Below, piece after piece: positions 19,801-28,389 of a DNA stretch of 64,000 nt. Position 1 is the first letter of the stretch. The number at the start of each line of letters is the position of its first letter. A program made the translations under genes and the position numbers. The stretch is from Deltaproteobacteria bacterium (lineage in GTDB: Bacteria > Myxococcota_A > UBA9160 > SMWR01). The stretch covers positions 7,879 to 71,878 of the forward strand of contig JAQBGU010000107.1 of the NCBI GenBank assembly GCA_032128375.1. The letters run 5' to 3'. The notes under the pieces were generated by a model. The model worked only from the letters and a program-made list of their open reading frames with translations. It was not told where the DNA came from and ran no database searches.

Positions 19801-20681
19801 CTGTGGGAACGGCGCCCATGTCCGAGATCCCGCGCGGGGAGAGCCTCGGCCAGCGCGCGTTTCGGTTGCTGAAAAAGAAGCGCAGCGCGGTCGTTTGCTT
19901 CTCGATCGTGGCGGTCTATGTGCTGATCGCGGCTCTCGGCTGGCTTGACCTGCTGCCGGATTTTCAGGAACGCGTCGGCGAGTCCTACGACTCCCCGTCG
20001 CTCGAATTCGCGAAGATCCTTGGCATGGATATCTTCGGGCGGTCTGTGCTCTACAAGATATTGATCGGCACGCGAACCGCGATCACCATCGGGTTCTTCG
20101 TCACAGCGATCAGCGTACCCGTTGGGGTCATGCTGGGATGCGTCGCGGGCTACTACGGTGGCCGCGTCGACGCATTCATTGTGTGGATTTACTCGGTACT
20201 CACCTCCATTCCATACATCTTGTTGATCGTCGGAATTTCTTACGTGCTCGGGAAGGGGATCCTGTCGATCTGCATCGCCATGGGAGCTGTCGGTTGGGTC
20301 GGACTCTGCCGGCTGATTCGCGGCGAAGTCGCCAAGCACAAGAACCGGGAGTACGTTCTGGCCGCTCGAATGCTCGGTGCGAGTGACGCGCGCATCATGT
20401 TCCGGCACATCCTGCCGAACGTGTTTCACCTCGCCATCATCAGCGCTTCCCTGCAGGTGCTCAACGCGATCAAGTCCGAGGTGATCCTCACTTTCCTCGG
20501 CGTAGGTATCCAAGATGGTGCAAGCTGGGGCACGATGGTATCCGACGCGACCGGTGAACTCGTCAACGGCATCTGGTGGCCGCTCGCCGGGGTGACACTG
20601 GCGATGTTCGCGCTGATGTACGCCCTGAACGTCGTCGGCGATTCCCTACGCGATGCTCTGGATCCCAAATTGATCGACTAG
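19797..20681 (+). CDS. Peptide ABC transporter permease (OppC/DppC-like)
   Basis: Polytopic membrane protein containing EYVLAARMLGAS. GTGA overlap with the upstream permease. Confidence 0.9.
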   Translation: MTVGTAPMSEIPRGESLGQRAFRLLKKKRSAVVCFSIVAVYVLIAALGWLDLLPDFQERVGESYDSPSLEFAKILGMDIFGRSVLYKILIGTRTAITIGFFVTAISVPVGVMLGCVAGYYGGRVDAFIVWIYSVLTSIPYILLIVGISYVLGKGILSICIAMGAVGWVGLCRLIRGEVAKHKNREYVLAARMLGASDARIMFRHILPNVFHLAIISASLQVLNAIKSEVILTFLGVGIQDGASWGTMVSDATGELVNGIWWPLAGVTLAMFALMYALNVVGDSLRDALDPKLID

Positions 20682-22258
20682 TGACACACACGAATCGATC
20701 GCCCAGTTGTATACTGGCGACAGTGGTTGCAACCAACGAGATCGTATTGGGCCTTCTGGGAGACCGAGCGGGCGCGCAGCCGCAGGGGCACAGCCGAGCC
20801 TGTTCACTGGGCTGGCTGGTGTTGCTCGCGACGCTGCTCGCATTTTCGTGTGCGGACGATAGAGAACGCGATAAACCCAATGTGATTCGCCGACCCAACA
20901 TCGTCGTAATCATGACCGACGACCAACGCTGGGACGAAGTCGAGTATATGCCGACCGTGACCCAGCGCCTCGCGGGCGAAGGGACGACCTTCACAAACAG
21001 CTTCGTCACGACCTCGCTGTGCTGCCCGAGCCGCGCGAGCTTTCTGTCCGGCCTTTACGCCCACAATCATGGGATCATCACACTAGGCGGCGCGACCCGA
21101 TTCAACGCATCGTCGACCGTCGCGGTCTGGCTTCAGAGCGCCGGCTACCGGACTGCGTTGATCGGAAAATACATGAACAACAACGGGCTGCTCGCCCCGC
21201 GGATTCCACCGGGGTGGGACACCTGGCGCACTTTCGCGGACACCCTGAAATCTTTCCGGCGCGACTTTCTGTACTACGACTACAAGCTCAACGAAGACGG
21301 CGAGGTTGTGTTTCACGGATCCGAACCCGCAGACTACTCGACCGATCTACTCGGTACGATGGCGATCGAGTTCATCCGCGCCAACGCGCCGGGGCCCTTC
21401 TTCCTGGTCTACACCCCATTCGCACCCCACGCACCGCCGCGCCCCGCACAGCGGCACGCAGGAGCTTTCACAGATCGCGAGTTGCCGACTCGCGACAACT
21501 ATTTCGAATCTGATGTGTCCGACAAGCCAGCCCACATCCGCAACCATCCGGGTAGCGACTCATGGACGCAAGAGCGCGCTCGCGAGCTCACCGATCAAGT
21601 TCGCGAGAAGCGAATTCCACTGCTCGAATCCTTACTCGCCGTCGATGAGGTGACAGCCAATATTCTGGACACACTCGCTGAGCTTTCGATCGACGACAAC
21701 ACAGTCGTGTTCTTCACCTCCGACAACGGTTTCATGTGGGGCGAACACTGGAAAATCGGCAAGCTGTATGCGTACGAAGAATCGATCCGGGTGCCATTGA
21801 TCGTCCGTGACCCGCGCTCCGATCAACCTCGCACCGAAGCTGCGCTGGTTCTCAACATCGATCTCGCGCCGACAATCGCTGAACTCGCCGGACTCGAGGC
21901 TCCCAAGAATGTCGACGGTCGCAGCTTCGCCCATCTGATAGAGGGCAACCAACGCGAACGCGGCGAACGCGGCTGGCGTGAAGATTTCCTGATTGAACTG
22001 CCGATCGATCCCCGCCAGGAGCGCGACGCATTCGCAGCCGTTCGCTCGTCTCGGTGGAAGTACATCATGAACAATGATCGCTTCGAAGAACTCTACGAAC
22101 TCGATGCAGACCCATTCGAACTCGACAACCTGCTCTTCACGGACCCAACGGACTCGATCGTCGTGCAGGCCGTGAAGCACATGCGAATGCGCGTCAACGA
22201 GTTGGTCCGCTTTCGGGGGGGCGCAGCTGAAACAAGTCCGCGGACACCGGGGGATTGA
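20681..22258 (+). CDS. Cys-type sulfatase
   Basis: NIVVIMTDDQRWD and the formylglycine signature CCPSRASFLSG (CxPxR). The exact start is uncertain. The N-terminus has a lipobox-like LLAFSC. Confidence 0.85.
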   Translation: MTHTNRSPSCILATVVATNEIVLGLLGDRAGAQPQGHSRACSLGWLVLLATLLAFSCADDRERDKPNVIRRPNIVVIMTDDQRWDEVEYMPTVTQRLAGEGTTFTNSFVTTSLCCPSRASFLSGLYAHNHGIITLGGATRFNASSTVAVWLQSAGYRTALIGKYMNNNGLLAPRIPPGWDTWRTFADTLKSFRRDFLYYDYKLNEDGEVVFHGSEPADYSTDLLGTMAIEFIRANAPGPFFLVYTPFAPHAPPRPAQRHAGAFTDRELPTRDNYFESDVSDKPAHIRNHPGSDSWTQERARELTDQVREKRIPLLESLLAVDEVTANILDTLAELSIDDNTVVFFTSDNGFMWGEHWKIGKLYAYEESIRVPLIVRDPRSDQPRTEAALVLNIDLAPTIAELAGLEAPKNVDGRSFAHLIEGNQRERGERGWREDFLIELPIDPRQERDAFAAVRSSRWKYIMNNDRFEELYELDADPFELDNLLFTDPTDSIVVQAVKHMRMRVNELVRFRGGAAETSPRTPGD

Positions 22259-22979
22259 GTTCGACGTCGGAAAGTGAGATCTCGGCGTGGGTCGTGCCGA
22301 TCGTCACGTCGAGTTCGATCCCGTGCGCGAGCCATTCGCCATGGATCTCGCGGTAGTCGTCGAAGTGGGCGTGCCAGATCGCCTGCCCTGAAGGATCGAA
22401 TCGCAGCGATTCGATCAAGTACCCGTGCGGACCGAACGACACGCGCTGTTTCCTCACGCCGGCGCTGTCCGCCAAGTCGATCGAGGTCAGACCGCGTGGG
22501 TCACTCGCGACGCGCGTGGGTACCCAACCCGGGTCCGGGACGGGAACACCGAGCAGGACCGAGATCGCTTCTTCCGCTGTCAGCGCGATCCGCGCTTCAT
22601 CCCACAGCAAGTTGGGTCCAAGCTCGCCTGTTTCGTACGACTGATCTTGGGTTCGCAGGACTTCGAACCGATTCCCGTCGGTCACTACGACCGCCAACGC
22701 CTGGTTGAGAAAACCGAGGACCTCGACGCGCAGCCGGGCGGGACGCTGCACCACCAGAACCTGTCTACCCCGCACGGCGATGCTGCCATCCGCAGAATCG
22801 ACAGCGATTCTGGCGCGGCCCCGCAAACCGGTGCGGGCGGCCGATCCAGCTACCCACTGGGCCAGCACCGCCAATGCTCTCGGATCGTCGGGTTCGAGCA
22901 CCCGCTCGGGCAGGGTTCGGCACGAAACCACAAGCAGACTCACGAACAACCCTGTGATGATCGCTCGCCTGGCCTGCAT
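22194..22979 (-). CDS. DUF4292/LolB-like outer-membrane lipoprotein
   Basis: ATG 22979 gives MQARRAIITGLFVSLLVVSC (lipoprotein signal). Located directly downstream of the TPR lipoprotein gene. The family call is from overall resemblance only. Confidence 0.55.
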   Translation of the reverse strand: MQARRAIITGLFVSLLVVSCRTLPERVLEPDDPRALAVLAQWVAGSAARTGLRGRARIAVDSADGSIAVRGRQVLVVQRPARLRVEVLGFLNQALAVVVTDGNRFEVLRTQDQSYETGELGPNLLWDEARIALTAEEAISVLLGVPVPDPGWVPTRVASDPRGLTSIDLADSAGVRKQRVSFGPHGYLIESLRFDPSGQAIWHAHFDDYREIHGEWLAHGIELDVTIGTTHAEISLSDVELNPPVSADLFQLRPPESGPTR

Positions 22980-23213
22980 TTCTCCTCTTGGGTCGGCGAA
23001 GCCCCTGACAGGTCTTCGGTCGCGAGGCCATTCCGTTTCGAGCTGGGGTTTCATGCGAACCAGCGCCTTGAATGGCTCTGCCGAAATCTCCTCTGGAGGC
23101 CCCATGCGACGACTTTGCCTATCGGGAGAAGGAGAAGCAAGGGCGCGGGAATCGGAAGCTCACCCAAGAGCGGCGGCGATCGTCGAGGCGTGGTGAGAAA
23201 TACAGGATGTCGC

Positions 23214-25034
23214 CTACTCGAGCTCGCGTCTCAGGCCTTCGAGCTTTTTCATCAGATCCGGCTGCTCGCCTTCGCGCGGGACGAGTTCCACGGCCTGCTC
23301 GTAGTTCTCGAGTGCCTGCTCCTTTTCGTCGAGCAACAGGTACGCATCCCCGAGATGCTCGGACACGACTGGGTCACCACCCGTCAGTTCCTCGGCACGA
23401 TGCAGTGTCTTCAAGGAGCGCTCGATATACTGCTTGGCCTCTTCTTCTCTTCCGGTCTCGATCAGCGGCAGCGCGCGCATGTAGTAGACCCAGCCGAGGC
23501 TATCGGTAATGAATCCATCGTCGGGCCGAAGCCCGAGTGCTTGCGTGATGTAGTCCTCGGCCCGGTCGAGTTCCTGGCCGCCTTCGGCCCACGTATAGCC
23601 GACATAGTTCAGCGCACTGGCATTCTTCGGGTTGCGCTCGATTGCGCGCTGCATGTAGACAAGCGCCTCTTTGGTTCGTTTCGCTTCGCCGTAGACGACG
23701 CCCAGGTTATACAGGAGTTCGTCATCGTCGGGACTCTTCAGCAACAGCCCTTCGAGATATGCAACCGCACCGTCGAAGTCACCGGCCTTCGCGCGCAGTG
23801 TCGCGGAATACAATTCACGGGGCCGAGTCGGATTGACTGCAAGCGCGGTCTGCAGTTCTTCGAGCGCACGATCGAAATCTCGTGCTCGCTCGTAGAGAAC
23901 CGCGAGCTGTGTGCGCGCTTCGGCATAGTGGTCACTCTCGGCTGGGACCATCGAGAACGCGTCGACCGCTGCTTCATCATCGCCGAGACGGCGTCGCACG
24001 ATCCCGAGGAAGAACGTGACCTCTCCATTGCCCGGTCGTGAGGCCAGAAATCGTTCGAACTGCTCTGCGGCTTCCTCGAAGCGTTCCGCTTCGTAGTAGA
24101 CGAAGCCCAAACGCTCGATCGCTCGCCAGGCGTCGGGATAGTGCTGCTGGATCTCCTTCAACGTATCGATGGCACCTTCCATGTCGTTGTCGCCGATCTG
24201 AACGTCGGCGAGCGCCATCAAGGTCGCTTGGTGATGCGGATGGTTTTCCAAGATCTCTCGAAAGATGGCCTGCTGCCCCTCGACATCGCCTTGTTCGCGC
24301 GCCAACCGCGCCAGTTGGGAGAAGATCCGCACGTTGGTCGGCTCGATCGCCAGAGCCGTGCGAAGCGCCTTCTCTGCCTCCTTTGTGCTTCCCATCCTTT
24401 CATGGGCGTTGGCGAGCATGCCATAGGCGGCGGTGGAATCTTCATCGAGTTCGATCAGCCACTGGGCGATCTCGATCGCCTTCGACGAATCGTGTTCGAG
24501 GTGGATCTGGTAGAGCAACATTGCCGCTTGTTCGCTGCGCGGGTTCCCGTCAACGTCGAGCAGCACTGCTTCGGCTTCCGCGAACTGCCGCGCCAGCCGG
24601 TACAACTGGCCCAGAAACAGCCGCGTAAGATCGTCATCGGGCTCGAGCTCGAACGCGTGCTTTGCGTGCACGAGAGCCTGCGCCGGGTTTCCCTGGCGGA
24701 TCAGCGAGTTTGCGAGCCGGCGATGGATGAACGGCGAATCCGGGTCTTTTGCCAAAGCGCGCTGGAATGCGGCCGTCGCCTGTTCGAGTTCACCGTGGGA
24801 TTCGTGCTGCAAGCCGACCAGAACATCGTACTCGGGCGGTGCGTCCGGGCGCACTTCCACACCCAGCTCGCGCGACCCCGCCGTTTCGCTTTTCGGTGCC
24901 TCGAAACCCAGCGTCGCGCAGCCCGCGCTCGACATCGCACCCGCGACCACCGCGGCCATCTGTAGTTGACCAATCAGTTGGCGAATCAGGGGGCGAATCC
25001 CTGTACGAATCCCTGTTCGCATCCCTTGGCTCAT
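23214..25034 (-). CDS. TPR-repeat lipoprotein
   Basis: Many 34-aa TPR units along the whole protein. Lipobox MSSAGC. Start is ambiguous (25034 versus ATG 24959) because a 12-bp repeat array covers the 5' end. Confidence 0.85.
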   Translation of the reverse strand: MSQGMRTGIRTGIRPLIRQLIGQLQMAAVVAGAMSSAGCATLGFEAPKSETAGSRELGVEVRPDAPPEYDVLVGLQHESHGELEQATAAFQRALAKDPDSPFIHRRLANSLIRQGNPAQALVHAKHAFELEPDDDLTRLFLGQLYRLARQFAEAEAVLLDVDGNPRSEQAAMLLYQIHLEHDSSKAIEIAQWLIELDEDSTAAYGMLANAHERMGSTKEAEKALRTALAIEPTNVRIFSQLARLAREQGDVEGQQAIFREILENHPHHQATLMALADVQIGDNDMEGAIDTLKEIQQHYPDAWRAIERLGFVYYEAERFEEAAEQFERFLASRPGNGEVTFFLGIVRRRLGDDEAAVDAFSMVPAESDHYAEARTQLAVLYERARDFDRALEELQTALAVNPTRPRELYSATLRAKAGDFDGAVAYLEGLLLKSPDDDELLYNLGVVYGEAKRTKEALVYMQRAIERNPKNASALNYVGYTWAEGGQELDRAEDYITQALGLRPDDGFITDSLGWVYYMRALPLIETGREEEAKQYIERSLKTLHRAEELTGGDPVVSEHLGDAYLLLDEKEQALENYEQAVELVPREGEQPDLMKKLEGLRRELE

Positions 25035-25037
25035 ACC
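24966..25037. repeat. Degenerate 12-bp tandem repeat, about 6 copies
   Basis: ttgaccaatcag ttggcgaatcag ggggcgaatccc tgtacgaatccc tgttcgcatccc ttggctcatacc. If translated it gives the GMRTGIRTGIRPLIRQLIGQL periodic peptide. Confidence 0.85.
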
Positions 25038-25060
25038 GACTCCTGCCAGATCCTATCGGC

Positions 25061-25684
25061 TCATTCAGCCGCTGGCCCCGACAAATATCCCTTCCCGGCC
25101 AGGTAGTCGATCACCTGTCCGACGCTCTGCTCGATGCTCTGACCGCCCGTATCGACCACCAGTTCGGGTTTGTTGGGTGCTTCGTATGGCGCCGAGATCC
25201 CCGTGAACTCGGGGATCTCTCCCGCCCGCGCCTTCTTGTATAGGCCCTTTACGTCGCGCCCCTCACAGGTCTCGAGGCTCGCGTCGACAAATACTTCAAC
25301 AAAATCGCCATGTGGCATTAGCTCGCGGACCGCGTCGCGATCGGCACGATACGGCGAAATAAATGACGTGAACACGATCACTCCCGCCTCGGTAAACAGC
25401 TTCGAAACCTCACCGATACGCCGGATATTCTCGGTGCGATCCTCTGGTGAAAAACCCAGATTGCTATTGAGTCCGTGTCTGACGTTGTCGCCGTCCAAGA
25501 CGTAAGCGAGGTGACGGCGATGGGTCAGCTCCGCTTCGGCAGCGACGGCCAGCGTCGATTTTCCAGAGCCTGATAGGCCGGTCAACCAGACGGTGACACC
25601 GCGTTGGCCAACCACGCGCTCCCGGTCCTTTCGTTCGATCTGACCGGAATGCCAGGTAATGTTGTCGCTCTTAGGTTCAGCCAA
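25061..25684 (-). CDS. cysC: Adenylyl-sulfate (APS) kinase
   Basis: P-loop GLSGSGKSTLA. Typical CysC length and FISPYRADR motif. Confidence 0.9.
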   Translation of the reverse strand: MAEPKSDNITWHSGQIERKDRERVVGQRGVTVWLTGLSGSGKSTLAVAAEAELTHRRHLAYVLDGDNVRHGLNSNLGFSPEDRTENIRRIGEVSKLFTEAGVIVFTSFISPYRADRDAVRELMPHGDFVEVFVDASLETCEGRDVKGLYKKARAGEIPEFTGISAPYEAPNKPELVVDTGGQSIEQSVGQVIDYLAGKGYLSGPAAE

Positions 25685-25763
25685 CGCAAAACTCCTTCGG
25701 TCTCGTGCTCTCGAGGGTCCGTCTCGAAACGGGTGCCAATATCCAGAACGTTGTAGTTCGTGT

Positions 25764-25834
25764 GATCAGTTCGTGATCAGATCGTCGATCCGTTCATCGA
25801 TGGGCTCATCGATCGGTTCACCCCATCGATGTCG
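25764..25834. repeat. Degenerate 12-bp tandem repeat (gatNNNNtcatc), about 6 copies
   Basis: gatcagttcgt gatcagatcgtc gatccgttcatc gatgggctcatc gatcggttcacc ccatcgatgtcg. Located between the desulfurase stop (25837) and the cysC start (25684). Confidence 0.8.
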
Positions 25835-25836
25835 GC

Positions 25837-27039
25837 TCAATTCCGAACCGCACCGGGACCTGGGAAGGTAGCGGGGACGCGCGACTCGGGCTCGCCTCGA
25901 AGCCGACGAATCACCTCGATCAGCCGATCGGCGACCCAGCCAACCTGGTCGGCGTCGTTGCCTCTGCCCAGACCGAAGCGCAGCGTGCTGCGCGCCATTT
26001 CGTCGCTCAGGCCGAGCGCACGAAGCACATGGCTGGGTTCGGGACTCCCCGAGGAGCAGGCCGAGCCCGCCGAGAGCGCCACCTGTGGTAGAGCGGCAAT
26101 CAGCTGATCGGCCGAGATCCCAGGAAATGAAACGCTGAGATTTCCAGGCAGTCTGCGCTCGAGATGCCCATTGGTGATGGGATTGCCGAGTGCATCTGAC
26201 AACCGCACCCACAGCATCTGGCGTAGCTCGCGGAGGCGGCGGGCTTCGGCATCGCGCTCAGCAAGACAGATTTCGACGGCCTTCGCAAAGCCCACGATTA
26301 GCGCGACCGGCAGCGTCCCGGAGCGGCGTCCGGCCTCCTGGCCGCCTCCAAATACCAGTGGACGGATCCGGACTTTCGGTCGGCGCTTGGCGACATACAG
26401 CAAACCGATTCCCTTGGGCCCATAGAGTTTGTGGGCGCACATCGACAACAGATCCAGATTGCAGTGCTGCACGTCGATTGGAACCTTTCCGACTGCCTGG
26501 GCCGCATCAGTGTGGAACAGCACAGCGCGTTCGCGACAGATCCGACCGATTTCCGCCAGAGGCTGGAGGGTGCCCACTTCGCTGTTGGCGGCCATTACCG
26601 ATACCCAAAGCGTCCGGTCCGTGATGGCGCGCTCGACGGCAGCGGGGTCAACCAGACCGGTGCGGTCGACCGGAAGAACCGTCAAATCGAAGCCCTCGGA
26701 TTCTAGAGCGCGGCTGGTCTCGAGTACGGCGGGGTGCTCGATGGCTGTGGTGATGAGGTGATTTTTTTCGGGTGCGGCCCGGGCAGTCCCGAGCAGCGCG
26801 AGGTTGTCGCTCTCGGTTGTGCCACTGGTGAACACAAGTTCACTCGGGTCCCGCGCACCAATCGCGGCCGCGAGATTTTCCCTCGCCAGGGCAACCGCAG
26901 CCTCGGCACGCCAGCCGAACAAGTGACTGCTGCTCGACGCGTTGCCGAAATCGTCTGAGGCGTACGGAGACATCGCCTCGACGACGCGCGGATCGACCGG
27001 AGTGGTCGCGTGGTGGTCGAGATAGATCGGCGCGCTCAC
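25837..27039 (-). CDS. Cysteine desulfurase, IscS/NifS family (PLP-dependent)
   Basis: Class V aminotransferase fold. Has SMCAHKLYGPKG (PLP lysine region) and the active-site loop SAGSACSSG. Confidence 0.9.
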   Translation of the reverse strand: MSAPIYLDHHATTPVDPRVVEAMSPYASDDFGNASSSSHLFGWRAEAAVALARENLAAAIGARDPSELVFTSGTTESDNLALLGTARAAPEKNHLITTAIEHPAVLETSRALESEGFDLTVLPVDRTGLVDPAAVERAITDRTLWVSVMAANSEVGTLQPLAEIGRICRERAVLFHTDAAQAVGKVPIDVQHCNLDLLSMCAHKLYGPKGIGLLYVAKRRPKVRIRPLVFGGGQEAGRRSGTLPVALIVGFAKAVEICLAERDAEARRLRELRQMLWVRLSDALGNPITNGHLERRLPGNLSVSFPGISADQLIAALPQVALSAGSACSSGSPEPSHVLRALGLSDEMARSTLRFGLGRGNDADQVGWVADRLIEVIRRLRGEPESRVPATFPGPGAVRN

Positions 27040-27135
27040 GAACCTGGCGGGCTGCGGCCGTGGGTGCGTTGGAGGCGGTGCGACCCGCGGTAGCGCTCGC
27101 GGTGCGGCCCCCGACTCCTCTGGATTCGCTGCTCT

Positions 27136-27468
27136 CTAGGCAGCGAAGGATTCTCCACAACCACAGGTAGCGCTTGCATTTGGGTTGCCCATCTTGAACC
27201 CGGTCTCGTTTAGCGTATCCACGAAATCGAGCTTGGTCCCCATCAGGTACAGCGCACTCTTCTCATCAATAATGACCCGAATCCCATGCGCTTGAATCTC
27301 GGAATCAATCTCTTTGAACTGGTCATCGAACGCGAGCTCGTAGCGAAGCCCCGAGCAACCTCCACCCACCACCTTCATCCGCAGGGCATGGGTGTCGAGC
27401 TTCCCGTCTTTTTCGAGCAGTTCGTGGATCCGCCGACCGGCGGCTTCTGTGACTTCAATGATCGACAT
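27136..27468 (-). CDS. Iron-sulfur cluster insertion protein (IscA/ErpA, HesB family)
   Basis: C-terminal CGCGESF motif plus an upstream conserved Cys (GGGCSG). ATG 27468 is preceded by GGGAAGAG. The ORF-track TTG 27501 is probably an extension. Confidence 0.85.
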   Translation of the reverse strand: MSIIEVTEAAGRRIHELLEKDGKLDTHALRMKVVGGGCSGLRYELAFDDQFKEIDSEIQAHGIRVIIDEKSALYLMGTKLDFVDTLNETGFKMGNPNASATCGCGESFAA

Positions 27469-27504
27469 ATACTCTTCCCGCCAGTTCGCCTTTCGGTTCA
27501 AGCC

Positions 27505-27559
27505 GTTGTTCGACTGCTGTTCGACTGTTGTTCGACTGCTGTTCGACTGCTGTTCGACA
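27505..27559. repeat. 11-bp tandem direct repeat, 5 copies (g[ct]tgttcgact)
   Basis: gttgttcgact gctgttcgact gttgttcgact gctgttcgact gctgttcgaca. Located 37-91 nt upstream of the iscA-like ATG on its sense strand. Confidence 0.95.
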
Positions 27560-27612
27560 CAGGGAGAATAGGCACGAGTGCCTCTAAGTCAAATCGACGG
27601 GTGCTCTGCCGC

Positions 27613-28389
27613 TCATTCGCTTCGATCTGGCATACCCGCCGCCTCCTCTTCGGCCGGCCGAGGCAGGAACCTCACGAAGATCTCGCGGTTGCCTTTCGGC
27701 CCAGCCAAACGGCTGTCCGCGCTTGCGACCGGGTCCCAGCCGAGTTCGGTCCCGCAGACGGCGACACGGTCTGCGGCGGCCCCTCGCAACACGGGATCGC
27801 GAACGACGCCGCCCTTGCCGACTTGCCCCTTGCCGACCTCGAATTGCGGCTTGACCATCACGAGCAGCTCGCAGCTCGGCAGTTCCCGAGCCAGCATCGG
27901 CAACAGCAAAAGCACTGAAATAAACGAAACATCGACGACCACCAGACTCGGTATTGCGTCCAGATCTGATGCCTTGAGGTAGCGAGCGTTGGTTCGCTCC
28001 ATCACGCTCACGCGCGGGTCTTCACGAAGGCGCAAATCGAGCTGGCCCCAACCCACATCTACCGCGACAACGCGGCTGGCTCCCGCTTGGAGCAGGCAAT
28101 CAGTAAAGCCTCCCGTCGAGGCGCCGAGATCGAGGCAAATTCGTCCCCGCGGATCGACACCCAGGTCCTCGAGCGCACCCGAGAGCTTCTCGCCACCGCG
28201 CGACACATAGCGGCGATCTTCTCCGCGGAGCCGGAGCTTTGCTTGATCCGCAACGCGTGTGCCCGGCTTGTCGATCGGCACGTCGTCGACCAGCACGCGA
28301 CCGGCTCGAATCAGCGCCTGTGCGCGGGTGCGTGACTCTGCCAGCGCGTCGGCGACCACCCGCTCGTCCAGGCGCTGGCGCGCACTCAC
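27613..28389 (-). CDS. tlyA: TlyA family rRNA (cytidine-2'-O)-methyltransferase
   Basis: N-terminal S4-like domain and a FtsJ-type SAM motif (LDLGASTGGFTD). GTGA overlap with the dxs stop. Confidence 0.85.
   Translation of the reverse strand: MSARQRLDERVVADALAESRTRAQALIRAGRVLVDDVPIDKPGTRVADQAKLRLRGEDRRYVSRGGEKLSGALEDLGVDPRGRICLDLGASTGGFTDCLLQAGASRVVAVDVGWGQLDLRLREDPRVSVMERTNARYLKASDLDAIPSLVVVDVSFISVLLLLPMLARELPSCELLVMVKPQFEVGKGQVGKGGVVRDPVLRGAAADRVAVCGTELGWDPVASADSRLAGPKGNREIFVRFLPRPAEEEAAGMPDRSE

Noticed and set aside
22425-24041. 538-aa ORF on the plus strand
   Set aside because: It lies entirely antisense to the well-supported TPR lipoprotein and DUF4292-like genes. Its translation is Arg/Gly/Pro-rich with no motifs. 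Long shadow ORFs are expected in high-GC DNA.
27491-27505. ggttcaagcc, a T-loop-like motif, as a possible tRNA
   Set aside because: There is no acceptor, D or anticodon arm context. It sits in the iscA leader next to the 11-bp repeats. No other tRNA-like T-arm consensus was found in any intergenic region.
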